Assembly (NCBI RefSeq): GCF_006345805.1
Contig: NC_043006.1
Location: 87,048,001 to 87,112,000 of the forward strand
DNA length: 64,000 bases
Source: Octopus sinensis
Taxonomy: Eukaryota
Direction of reading: 5' to 3'
In this document: one piece after another, positions 11,590 to 25,199 of the stretch
Layout: every line of letters starts with the position of its first letter
Numbering within the stretch: position 1 is the stretch's first letter
Translations under genes and position numbers: made by a program
The notes under the pieces: model-generated
What the model saw: the letters and a program-made list of their open reading frames with translations, nothing else
What the model was told of the DNA's origin: nothing
Database searches by the model: none

Positions 11590-11760
11590 GTACCGTTAGC
11601 GATTTTTTTTCCCTCTGTCTTCCCTTCTCTGGATCTTTCCTTCTCCTATGTTTCCGACGAAGAGCTCCACTTGAAACGTTAAACCCTCCTTCTTTCCTTC
11701 TATATTTGTTCCACGTCCTCATGTTGTTGTGTTTTTTTGTGCTTTCACGTTTGGATTAAC
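11590..11760 (+). mobile_element. Penelope pLTR relic with an inactivated minimal hammerhead (11650-11684)
   Basis: GTTT-CCGACGA-A-GAGC-TCC-ACTT-GAA-ACGT-T-AAAC. Stem I (GTTT/AAAC) and palindromic ACGT are intact; U4>C and a broken stem II are not. Confidence 0.6.
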
Positions 11761-11979
11761 TTTACATACATACATACATACATACATACAAACAACATAC
11801 ATACATACATGCACACGCACACACACACATACAACATACATACATACATGCACACGCGCACACACATACATACATACATACATACATACATACATACATA
11901 CGTGTGTGTGTGTGAATAAACATGTGTATTATATGTATGCATGCCTGTTTATTAGTGACTGACAATGTGCATAGTTACC

Positions 11980-12900
11980 AAAACATTTAGATGATATTGT
12001 GTAAAGCTGTGATTTGTGGTAAATATTCCACATTTTTCTTTTTCAATTCAAGATACATGCAATATGCATTTTATCCAATTATTTCATTCACATAGATATA
12101 AATCACAACTCTGATTACTGATTAAGTCACTGGGCATCCTACACCGATTAAATATTCCATTTAGATGAACCAAGGTTGTATTGTTTGAATTCACATGCAT
12201 TTATCTGGTACATAATTGCTGACATGTATTTAAGCTTCTCAAGATTCATTCCCAATTCTGAAGGTATTCTTTCTTTACTGCCTTTCTGAGACATTTATTA
12301 TATCTCTGTGAAAGCTACATCATTGGTACAATGTAGGAAACATTCCATCCATACTGAGCAAATGATGCTGGTATCAAGTTTAAAAGCCATCCAAGGTTCA
12401 GCACCTGAGCCATGCATCCTCTACAAAAGTCAAGCTCATCTTACTTAAGAACATTAGGATACAACTTCTTTTACTTCAACTGTCCTGTATTCATCAAAAT
12501 TATATTTTTTTCTAAATCTGTGAAGGAAAAACACTTAACATTCAAATTGTGCTTGGACTAATTCCTCCAAGAAGAAAACAAATTACCAACACCCAGCTAG
12601 AACTTGGTATACTCAAGTGCAATATGATTTCCTAAAACACTATCAAGGAGGTGGTATTAAGTTAGACATGACCTAATAATGACCAAAGCCTATCTATGTT
12701 ATCTAAGTTATAAATATACAATAACCTCTTCATTTATTTGTCCATTCTAGGGTGATTTATGTACCAACTAATTATGAGATTTACAACTATTGTACACTGT
12801 GTTCTTAAACAAGTAACTGTCTTTTTTCTTTTTTTAGCAGTGGCTGAATGGCCAATGAAACATTTACGTATCCAAACGAGGCAGATTGTAATAAATACTC
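11980..12900 (-). mobile_element. Highly decayed non-LTR RT-like remnant
   Basis: Weak motifs on the minus strand (FKLDTS..., ILIGVGCPV.SVIRVVIYIYVNEI) in the order expected for RT domains, with many stops. Confidence 0.3.
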
Positions 12901-13117
12901 CATGTTGTCTTAATATGGTACAGTCAAGGTCTATGTTTCTCATTTGCTTCATTCGTACAGACAAAAGTCATAACATCTACCTGTTAAATCACTGAAAAGT
13001 GTGAATCATTAAGTATATATATGTCCACAACATACATACATACATACTTTGTCTGTTCGTTCAATTATTTTTACCTCCATTTCTATGCAAGCATTGGTTA
13101 GCTGAATATATTATTGA

Positions 13118-13160
<43 letters not shown>

Positions 13161-13279
13161 ATAAACACACATTTTACAGTCTTGAATGTTAGTGTTTTGA
13201 ATTCTTATATTTAATATAAATTTTGATTGATTAATTGTTAATGTTATTGGTGTTATTAATTGTTGTTGTATTTATATTC

Positions 13280-13429
13280 ATGTTCATGTGAATGTGTGCA
13301 TATTTATGTATCTGTGCACATTTCTATGTAAATATATGTATGTGTGTATATATATCTATATATATGTATATATGTATATGTATATATCTATATATATATG
13401 TATTTATGTATATATATGTATATGTGTAT

Positions 13430-13475
<46 letters not shown>

Positions 13476-13553
13476 GATGTATATGTATATATGCATATAT
13501 GCATATATTTATATATATGTATATATATACATATATGTAGATATATATACGTG

Positions 13554-13597
<44 letters not shown>

Positions 13598-13666
13598 TGT
13601 ATATATATATATATACATAAGTACATACATGTATTGTATATATATATATGTATATATATTTATATG

Positions 13667-13697
<31 letters not shown>

Positions 13698-13794
13698 CAC
13701 ATATATGTATATATATATATATACATAAGTACATACATGTATTGTATATATATATATATGTATATATATTTATATGTATATATAAATATATACA

Positions 13795-13842
<48 letters not shown>

Positions 13843-13845
13843 ATG
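13280..13845. repeat. Long (AT)n/(ATGT)n compound microsatellite with an internal duplication of about 110 bp
   Basis: The block acataagtacatacatgtattg occurs twice (about 13615 and about 13725). This tract generates many spurious YI-repeat ORFs. Confidence 0.9.
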
Positions 13846-14809
13846 GCATGATTTTTTGCTTTTACATTTATTGTCCTAGTTGTTGTGGTGGTTGTTGCTT
13901 TAAGTAATGATTTTAATCAAGTTAAAGTGATTTGTTCTGTTTTTTTTTCACATTTGTCATTATTGATGATGATGATGACAATGATAATCATCATGTGACT
14001 TGCTTATGGTAAAAATTTTTTCTCTGGTCGTTGTTAATGACAATGTGAGTTGTCATTTTTGCATCCTGCTGTTAATAATGATGATGATAATGAAGTCTAC
14101 CGTAGTTGTTATTATTGCTTTATGTAGTTTGTTTGTAGTTGATACTGTTGTTATCACTTTTCTATCATTATTCACTTTTATTCTTTGAAGTTTTTTTGTA
14201 ATATATTTCTTTTTTAAATAAATGTGTATATGTGCTACTGCTGTTGCTGCCATTGAATAACAGGTAACGTCTGCTAATTAGCCAGCAATCACACATGTGA
14301 AAGTACAAACATACACATACAAGTTTACATGTACACAAATGCATATGTACATACTAATATGTGTATAGATTCAGACATACATATCAACACATACACTCAT
14401 CCATAAACACAGTTATCTACACTTCTGTACAGAAATATTAACTCCTATAGACACAACATGAATATCCATCCCAAGATGAAAACATCCACCCATACATCCC
14501 CATATATTTTCATCTAATTCTGCCTGCACATATATCATATATTCATATATTTACTCCTTACATGTATACATCTATTTCTAAACCATATACACATGTCTGA
14601 CTCTACACAACATACAATTGCCACTTAACACAAACACATGCACATATACACACTTCCATGTCTACTCTCTGTGTTTCACATACACATGCACACAAATAAT
14701 GCGGTACATAAATCAGCAATGGAAATCAATGAGAAATAACGGTTACATGTGCATGCATGTACATATATATATATATACATACACAAAAATACATACATAT
14801 AAATATACA

Positions 14810-14840
<31 letters not shown>

Positions 14841-14986
14841 ATATATATATACACACAAAAATACATACATATAAATATACTATTATATATATATTATATA
14901 TATATAATTACACATACATACACATACAAGCAGAGGCTGTGATATAAAAATGCATTGTATGTGTGTGTGTGTATGTGTGTACATAA

Positions 14987-15019
<33 letters not shown>

Positions 15020-16707
15020 ATATATATATATATAATATATATATATACACACACATACATATATATATATACATATATGTACATACCTGTATATGTTTAT
15101 GTATTCATATATGTATACATATATGTTCTGTTTTATAATTTCCGGTGTTCTGCCCCTCTCAACATTGTAAATGAATGTTGCCAGACAAAAAACAATGCAC
15201 AGGGGAATGGGGCAGTTAATCAATCACCCCTCCCTCTTGCTTTCTATGTTGTTCCCTCACCAAAGTGTCACCTACAAATGATTGATAATTTCATCTCAAC
15301 TATACCTTTCTTTCATAACCATTGCTTTAAATACAATCATTGATTGGTAAGTACCCATCAGTATGTTTCTGCACAATGATGTGTGAAAGTGTGTCTGTAT
15401 GTGTCCGCATATATTTGAAGCTATGATTCCATATGCACGTGCGTGCATGCGTACGCACACATACACACACACGCATGCATGTATGTGTGTTAATGGTAAA
15501 GTTATTTATATTTTGCTTTTTTTATATCTTTGTATCCTATTTTACAAGTATTTATATACATGTAAGAATAAATATACACACATCTGCTCACACCTTTGTG
15601 CATAGGAATTTCTGATTGAATATATGTATAAACACACAGACACACATACACATATATGTATAGACACACATACACATACACACACATAAAGTGAATGAAA
15701 ATGTAATTTTAAGTAATGCTCTAGACAGATAGATTGATTGATGAATAGACAAACAGAAGTGAAATACAAGTAAAATGTGAGTAATTTGAAAAAGAATGGA
15801 ACCAATGAAGAATATCACCAACAACTGCAATAATATTTCTAACCATTAACAAAGGCAACTAAAACAGCAACAGGAACAGCAGCCATTTACAGTGTCTGCT
15901 TGTATTTCTATGATGAAACATATCTCAACAAATTGAATTATAATATGTAAACGTGGTATTTGTATGTATGGAGAAAGAAATCATCCATAACTACCACAGC
16001 CCCAACATCAGCAACACACATACCATGAGCAACATTGTTATTATGATTATCACCTATAGTATATTATATATGGGTTCTGCCAGCAATGCAGGTGAGATGC
16101 AGGCTCTATCACATGGAACATGATTAGATTTCAAACAACATTCTCCCAAACTAATTGCAAGGCAGTGACTTTGTCTCATTAGAACTTCAGAAAAATTGCT
16201 TTACAGTATCTATTTCTGCACCCTACATTTAGAGTTCAAATCCTGCTGAATTCAACTTTACTTTATGCTTTTCCAAGGTTGGTAAATAAAATAGCAATCT
16301 AATAATCTAATGTAATGGATAGGTGGAAATGTTAGAGCATTGGCTAAGAAATCTTGTAGTATTTGCTCTGGCTATTTGTATTTTCCATTAAACTCTTACC
16401 ATAGACTACTTGTATGGTATATTATATCACTTAAACACTTAAACAGCACCATCTGGTTCTTAGGTAATTTTAGTAGAGTTCTCATTTATGTAAGCTCTTC
16501 ATTCAGGTCTCTGCTTTGAGGATATCTCCTTCCTACTCTCCAGTATCAGAAGCTTTGCAACACATCTTGGACACTGCTCTCTTACCAATATGGTACTCAG
16601 TTCAGCCTAGCTAAAGAATTATTGAAAATTACTATTTGTAAATCTCTCAATGAGAGATATTCAGCAACAGTACTCTAGAGTAAAGATTATTTGCCAACAT
16701 AACATGG

Positions 16708-16918
16708 CAGTCCTGCTTTAGGATGAATGTTGCTGTAATTTAACCCCAGCTGTCTATATGACACAATGTGTATCCTTATATTTTTGAATGAGGGCATAAG
16801 CGGGGGTGCTAAATGTCCTCATTAAAAAATCTAAGGACACAGATCATGTAGTATAGCCAGCTGGAGATAATGCCTCCTGGGGCTAAATTACAGCAACATT
16901 TGTCCTAAGCCAGAATTG
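16708..16918. mobile_element. Foldback/MITE-like element
   Basis: ttaggatgaatgttgctgtaatttaacccca (16718-16748) is inverted at 16878-16909. A related half-copy lies near 4835-4920. Confidence 0.6.
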
Positions 16919-17844
16919 TTGTCGGTAATTTTGTAATAATATACTTAATCCAAAGGGTGGTAAAATGCTAACTAGAAAGTATTATTAAATCTTAAACAAA
17001 GAAACATTGAAGAATGATAAAATGATAGAAGAATATGCCTTCAAATCAACATAACATTTATTGTCATTGCTTTTATCAGAAAGTGTTAAATTCAATCAGA
17101 GAAGAGACCAGCTTATGTGACATTTACTCATATGTGTCATTTGGCTTGATTCCAACAACTGGATGTCCTTCCTATTATTAACCATTTTACAGCATGTATT
17201 TAGTGGATCTTCTCAAGGCACCACTGCTAGAGAGGTTCTCAATCAACAATCACTAAAGAGTGAGTACAGTTGGGAGGGGATGTCCATCATGGCATCAGCA
17301 CTGGAAGGAGTTGCTGGGCGTAGGAGAGTGATGACAGCAGACATCCAGAAATGGGTGTCTGGAAGGGAGTAAGAACATAAGTTTACAGTGTACTCAATAA
17401 CATAGTGGGTGTACATTTGCTCAGGTGACGAGAGATGAGAACAGCACAGTAATGGCATTACAAGCAGAATGAAAGAGTAACAGTATGATGGAAAAGACAG
17501 GGGTTTTTGAAATAGAAACAGGAGGGGAGTGATTGGTAGCAATAGAGATGGACAAAGGGATGGGTAGTTACATGTTTTGGCATGGTTTCTATGGCTAGAT
17601 GCCCTTCCTGATGCCAACCACTTTACTAGGTGCCTTTTAGGTGGTACCAGCACATGAGCTTTATACATGGCACCAACATAAGTGCTTTACATGTGGCACC
17701 AGCACCAATGGGGTTAGCAAATAGCTTGCAAGACAAGGACCTCTCAGCTGAGAGAGGAAGTGGAACAAAGAGATAAAGGCGAGAGTAAGTAACAGGTAAT
17801 AATTGAAATAGTGCAGAGGAGTGATAGTGATGGTCAGTACGGTG

Positions 17845-17963
<119 letters not shown>

Positions 17964-18403
17964 GTGGTAATGTTCTCTTTATATAGTTAACTATTCATTG
18001 ATTGATTTTCAGTTACCATTATAGTTTAGACTGGTGCACATTTATTGTTAAAATATTTATGAAAACTGATTGGTCTGAAGATTTTTTCTTGCACCCTGAA
18101 TATACGCTACTACAGAAAAGTGCATGGTGACCTTATAGACCATATGGTCACCAGTTCAATTTCTATACTGGTCAGTATATTCTATCTTTATGCAAAACAC
18201 TTCATTCCACATTGCTCAAGGCTATTCAGCTGAAAATGTGTATCAGCATCATAGTAATGCAACTACTTCCTCCTTCCAATACCACATCTTCAATATTCTG
18301 CTGGGTCAAGGATTGTGAAGGTCACTTAAGACACCATTCTACAGCAAACTTTTAGAGGGAATTACCTCCCACATATATATGACACTGAAAGTCTACAGAT
18401 ACT

Positions 18404-18435
<32 letters not shown>

Positions 18436-19202
18436 CATCATCCTCATTGTTATCATACATCCATTTGCCATGCTCAGATGTGTTGGACAGTTTGACAAGG
18501 AGCCAGTATGTCAGAGAGCTGCACCAGGCTCCAGTAATGTTTTGACATGCTTTCTATGTCTAGATGCCCTTCCTAATGCCAACCATTTTACTAGGTGCCT
18601 TTTATGTGGCACCAGCACAAGAGCTTTATACATGGTACCAACATAAGTGCTTTACATGTGGCACCAGCACCAATGGAGTTACCAAACAGCTTGAAAGACA
18701 AGGACCTCTCAGCTGAGAGAGGAAGTAGAACAAAGAGAAGTAGCCCTAGATTCTCTATATTTATGTCTTGTTAAGCTATCTCTTTTAGCTATCAATTTGT
18801 AGTTGTTTCTACTTCTAAAAATCCCTTTACACGGATCAAAGCAGCATATCTAGGGTACAATTCTTTGCTGAGGATATCAGATAACAACAAAATATGTCTA
18901 TAATTGTCCCTTTGCCAACTAATAAAGACCAGGCTCTCCTCATAAGCATGAAAATTCATGTTATACATACACACAGACATATACATCAAAATTCGAAATC
19001 ACTGGTGATATGTTTATATCTGCGACTGCAGGGAGCTTGTTTTACTTGTCAACTTATTAAGATAGTGCCCATGGCTTGGGAGTTAGTTTGACTCTTATTT
19101 CTAGCAATGCCAGTACCACTTTGTACCCTCTGTCACTTTAGTGATGTCTATTAATTTGCCTTTAGGTTGTTAAATTGCTAATAAGCCACCCATATTATTT
19201 AC

Positions 19203-19264
<62 letters not shown>

Positions 19265-19270
<6 letters not shown>

Positions 19271-21443
19271 TAAGAAAATGGATAGATTTAATGGATATAG
19301 ATTAATTTATTTATGAATTAACGTTACCTACAATTGTTTCAATTTACACTCAATACAAATTACAAACATATAGAATAAAATAAGTTTGCATTTTGAAGAT
19401 TTAGAGCAAAATATCTTCAGGATGAAAGGACACTAAGGAAGCTACATGTTGATTGGTTGAGGTATTCCAACGGACTAAGCGGATGAAAGTATATCTGGAC
19501 ATTTGTGCGTGTGTGTGTGTGTGTGATAATAAAAATATTCAGACAGACAATAATAAAATAATAAAAAATATAAAAATAATAATAAAAGGCTATAATATAA
19601 TAAAAATAAATAAAAGATAAATAACTGAAATAAAATGAAAATAATATAAAATAAAAATAAAATAAAAATATATGTAGGAAAGATAAAAAATAAGAAATAT
19701 AAGTAAAAATAAGAAATATAAATAATAAATAATGAAATAAGTAAAAATCTAAATAAAATCAAAACTGTTATAAATATAGGTGTCTATTGTCTATGTTAAT
19801 TTATGTGTGTGCGTGAATATTTGTTGTTTGAGTTGATTTATGTGTGTATGTGTATATTCATGTTAATAAATATAAGTGGGTAAGATAGAAATAATAAATA
19901 TAAACAAAAACTAAAAAAATTAAGTAAATATTTAAAAAAAAATAAAATAAAACTGTTATGAATATGGATGTTTATTGTCTGTGTTAATTTGTGTGTGTGT
20001 ATGGATATTTACTATCTATGTTCATTTATGTGTGTGTATGCGTGTGGGTGTGTGGGTGGGTGCATATTAGTAAAAAGATAATCAAATCAAATCAGCTTAT
20101 ATATGCGTTTGTTTATAGTTGTTTGAAAATAGAAGTCAATCTTTATAGTCATTTATTACAATTAATAATTATATTTAAGTGTGTGTATGTACATGCATGT
20201 ATAAATGAAGGACTACAGAAAATTTTAATATTAGATAGACATCAATATATATTATATGTAACAGTAAGATAATTGATAAAATATATAAATATATTTATAT
20301 TTCGGTGTGTATAATAATTTTAAAATAAAAGTTAGCCATCATAGTCTTAAATTAAATAAATAAGTATATTTATGTTCATATGTGTATATCTATTTGAGAA
20401 TAAAAACTAATCTTTATAGTCGGTCATTATTATTTCTATATTTAAGTTTAGTAAGTAAAAGGTTTAAGTGTATTACATCATCAAAGTTAGTGTTATCGAT
20501 AGATAACTCAAATTTTCATGTACTATGGTAGCCAATTAATTAATAAAGATTAATATCTATATTATTAATATTCTATATTTGATTTTTAAATTAAGTTATA
20601 CTTACTATATCATTATTTATATCTTTAATATTCAGTTTTATTCTTATTAAGTATATTTGCTAAAAACATATTTAGTGGAATGATTACAAGACAAATTGCA
20701 TCTTTCTTGGAATTAAGGAGATTGTCTTTAGATGTTAGGATCTGAAATATTTCTTCAAGACACAATTCACACCTGTTATCAGAAATTCCATAACATCTGG
20801 CATGACTTATAATTTCTTATTTAAGTTTACAATTTTTATTGTCATCTTTTAACATCCATATAAATTTGCTGAGGCTGGGATTATTCATTTTTTGTCTGTG
20901 TCTAAAGCAGTATTCATAGTTAGCAATTCTCCATTTTATTGAATTTTTGGTTGATCTGATATAATAGAAAATATATTTTCATCATTTTTATTCATATTTC
21001 GATTGTCATAGAAAATGTTTCATTTTTTATTATTGATTGAAGATATGATTCTGAAAAGATTCTTTGATAAACAGTAACCAGTTCTTACAGTCTTACAATT
21101 AATTATTGCACTATACCTATTATCCTTATTTAAATGTTTATGAATTAATCAATAAAGAGACTTTATTATGTTATTTTTGATTTGATTTGCAAAAGGGATG
21201 ATCAGCCATATAATATTGGCTTTATCTAGACAATTATAATCTATATGAGATTTATCAGAATTTATATAAGGGGTATATCTTTTATTTTTATTTATATTTT
21301 TACGATTATAAGTATTATCATAGATATTAATTATCTCGTTAATTTTGGCTTTACTAGACTTCTTATTTACGTATTTATTATTATGATAGTTTGTATTGGG
21401 TTCCGTGAATTTACAATCAGATTTAGTATTTATTTTCACAATT

Positions 21444-21498
<55 letters not shown>

Positions 21499-23005
21499 AT
21501 TGTTGTTTGTTTCTTATATACTCTTTTACTCTTTTACTTGTTTCAGTCATTTGACTGCGGCCATGCTGGAGCACCACCTTTAATCGAGCAACTCGACACC
21601 GGGACTTATTCTTTTGTAAGCCCAGTACTTATTCTATCGGTCTCTTTTGCCGAACCGCTAAGTAACAGGGACATAAACACACCAGCATCGGTTGTCAAGC
21701 GATGCTAGGGGGACAAACACAGACACACAAACACACACACGCATATATATACATATATACGACGGGCTTCTTTCAGTTTCCGTCTACCAAATCCACTCAC
21801 AAGGCTTTGGTCGGCCCGAGGCTATAGTAGAAGACACTTGCCCAAGGTGCCACGCAGTGGGACTGAACCCGGAACCATGTGGTTGGTAAACAAGCTACTT
21901 ACCACACAGCCACTCCTGCGCCTATAGTTTAAATAATTATTGTGTACTTTTATATTATTTCATTTTTATAGTTTTACTCTATTTATTATCCATTATATTT
22001 GTTTACTGTCCATTTTCCCTCTCTATTTTCATTTAGCATGTATTCATTAGGCCAATAATACTTTATCTCAAGTATATACCTTACTTTTTCAAGTGCAATA
22101 TTATAGTAATCAACACTTTTATAGAAAATTTCTTCATTATACAAAAGGTAAGATAGTCTTTTCTCAATACTTGCAACTAAAGTATTTTTTATTGATTTTG
22201 GATGGTTACTTTGATAATTAGTATACCTTAAGTTCATATTTGGCTTATGATATGGTTGGTGCTTACAGTTATTTTCTTTTTTGATAGAGATTGATAGACC
22301 ATTGTTTTAAAAAAATTCATAAAACTTTTTCTTATATAGTTCTAATTTCCTTTCCTATTTGATAGATTTTTAACTACAAAAAGTGCATCATTTATTTTTA
22401 TTTAAATTTTTACTTTATTCTATTTTAACTTTATTTTATTATTATTATTTATATTCATTATTTTTATTTATAATTTTTTATCTTACCCACATATTTTTAT
22501 TTTATATTATTTTCATTTTATTTCAGTTATTTTAGCATTCATTTTTCATTTATTTTTATTATATTGTTACCTTTTATTATTATTTTTTATATTTTTTCAT
22601 TTCATTTTTGTCTGTATACCTTATCTTTATCTGAATATTTTTATTATCTTAATTTTTATTAACATTCATTTTTTATTTTTACTTATTTTTATTTTTATAT
22701 TTCACAGTTTAATATTTTTATATACTTTATTTCATTATTATATTTCGAAGATTATTAACACACACAAATAACTAAACATACTTTCATCTGCTTAGTCTGT
22801 TGGAGCATCTCAACCAATCAACTTGTAGCTTCCTTAATGTCTTTTCATCCTGAAGATATTTTGCTCTAAATCTTCAAAATGCAAACTTATTTTATTCTAT
22901 ATGTTTGTAATTTGTATTGAGTGTAAATTGAAACAATTGCAGACAATGCTAATTAACAGATAAATTAATTTATACCCATTGAAGCTCTCCATTTTCTTAC
23001 TTAAT
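19265..23005 (-). mobile_element. Decayed Penelope-like retroelement bracketed by inverted arms of about 500-600 bp
   Basis: Arms at 19265-~19760 and ~22390-23005 are reverse complements. Internal minus-strand peptides: NLRYTNYQSNHPKSIKNTLVASIEKRLS (RT thumb), ANIIWLIIPF..IHKHLNKDNRYSAIIN, and a stop-riddled GIY-YIG-region tract near 20.6-20.9 kb. Confidence 0.85.
21519..21923 (-). mobile_element. Near-intact young tRNA-derived SINE (octopus OK-type) inserted into the Penelope element
   Basis: tRNA-like head (aggcgcaggagtggctgtgtggtaag...ggttcagtccc), CpG-rich body, and 3' tail ggtggtgctccagcatggccgcagtcaaatgactgaaacaagtaaaagagta. Confidence 0.9.
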
Positions 23006-23122
23006 AATATTTGATATTCATAATGAGAATGAATACTTCTTAAGGGTATAATATATTAAACCCAGTGTAACTTGGATGGAACCATCCCTATAAGAGATTT
23101 ATATATCCTCATAGTGACTGAA

Positions 23123-23548
<426 letters not shown>

Positions 23549-23599
23549 TATATATATATATATATATTTATAATAAGAGTAGATCGTATACGAGTGGGT

Positions 23600-24170
23600 A
23601 TATATTTGTAAAAAAGAAGTTTGAAAACGCCACTATATTAGATACATTTTAATTTTCTTATGAATTTTACATGTTTCGGTTCTTGAAAAAACGAACTTTA
23701 TCAAAAATATTATAAAAAGTGCAATAGAAAAGTTCATAATCGTTTCTTACTGGTCTCAATAGAATCGCAGTAGCTTATTGGTTGTGGCTGTCCTAGCAGC
23801 AGATGACAGTAGCAGCAGTTACTGTTGGTCGTAATTTTGGCAACCTTGGTGGTGGAAGGGGTTGTAGCAGTTAAGCTGTGGCCGTAGCAGCAGCAGTAGA
23901 GGACTGTTGATCGTAGCAGCAATAGTAGTGACACTGTTCACTGACGTCATAATTCCAAACCAATCAAAACCAAACTTCAACGAATACAAGGAAAAGACCC
24001 TTTAAGAGAACCAACGAACCGGAACGATCTATAACTGTATCCTGCAAGGAAACCAACCAAGCAGAACGACAAGCTTGACCATGGAAGAAAAATGTCATAA
24101 AAAAAACCTGTATTTCTCCTTCTGCTATAATCCCTATCCACTCTACTCCCCAATCCAGGCACCAAACGGT
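23600..24170 (-). promoter_or_regulatory. CpG-rich promoter-like island with a candidate non-coding first exon (about 23942 to 23751)
   Basis: About 15-20 CpGs in non-repeat DNA, against strong depletion elsewhere. Perfect CRE TGACGTCA at 23942-23949. CCAAT at 23960-23964. Minus-strand TCAGT initiator at 23940-23944. Donor CCA|GTAAGA at 23751/23750. Confidence 0.5.
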
Positions 24171-24944
24171 GTCTTCTTTATAAACTACATGCTAGCATAG
24201 AATATTAACACTCTGATCAAATGTTTGTTAGCAGAGTCAAAATGGCACATTTTACTTATAATTGAGATGTTCAAAATGTCTAATTCTTACCTGATGAAAC
24301 CTTTTTTTTTTGGCATGATGTAATACTTCAATTCATCAATAAAAAAAACATGTCAGAAACAGCTGTAGTGAACCACAATCCATTTGTCATTATTTGTGTA
24401 TCATTCATCAAACACCAGATCCAAATGAATTCATTTTGATCTGGAGTTTATTGAGTATAGTACAATGGGTGCAGCATTTGTACCTATGTGCAACCTTGAG
24501 GACTTTTTATATATATTCAGTTGGCCATCTATGATTGTATGGACAACTGAAGTATATATCTGTGTTTATTTTAGGAAGTATGTATTTGTCTTCAAATATT
24601 GTTTGTACATGATAGTAGTATCACCAACCCAACCTTGGTACTTTACTATTTAAGTACCTGATTTGCTTGAATCCTGAAATCTTATATACATATATATGAA
24701 GAGCTGCATGTAAGTCCATTAATCCTTTGATTGTTTGATTGTTAATTAGCAAAGTTAATGTTTTTGTTAATGATTTACCTTTTAAGTTAACTTTGAAAAT
24801 AATTATCAGACTGATTAACTTCCATTACATTTAGCTTCGGTTAACTCAAGTTCATTAACCCCAAAATTTCATAAAAATCAGTAAACATTTAAAAGTTTCT
24901 ATTGTTTCAGGTTGTCTTAGCATATCTAATATTGTATTCATCAT

Positions 24945-25165
24945 AAGGCAGCAAGCTGGCTGAAACGTTAGCATGCCAGGCATAATGCTTAGTGGTATTT
25001 CGTCTATCTTTATGTTCTGAGTTCAAATTCCACTGAGGTCGACTTTGCCTTTCATCCTTTCAGGGTCAATAAATTAAGTACCAGTTGCATACTGGGGTCG
25101 ATCTAATCGACTGCCACCCACTCTCCAGAAGTTTTGGGCCTTGTGCCTAGAGTAGAAAAGAATAT
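24945..25165 (+). mobile_element. tRNA-derived SINE (octopus OR-type, CORE-like central domain)
   Basis: Head aaggcagcaagctggc..ttctgagttcaaattcc and central gcctttcatcctttcagggtcaataaattaagtaccag. Same family as the (TAA)n arrays. Confidence 0.8.
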
Positions 25166-25199
25166 TGTATTCATCAATCTTACTGTCTTTTTTAGGCCC

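Noticed and set aside
13288-15830. Dozens of YI/CV/HT-repeat ORFs (also at 0.6-1, 6, 9, 11.7, 17.6-18, 23, 26, 29.6, 34.5 and 48-49 kb)
   Set aside because: Translations of di-, tri- and tetranucleotide microsatellites.
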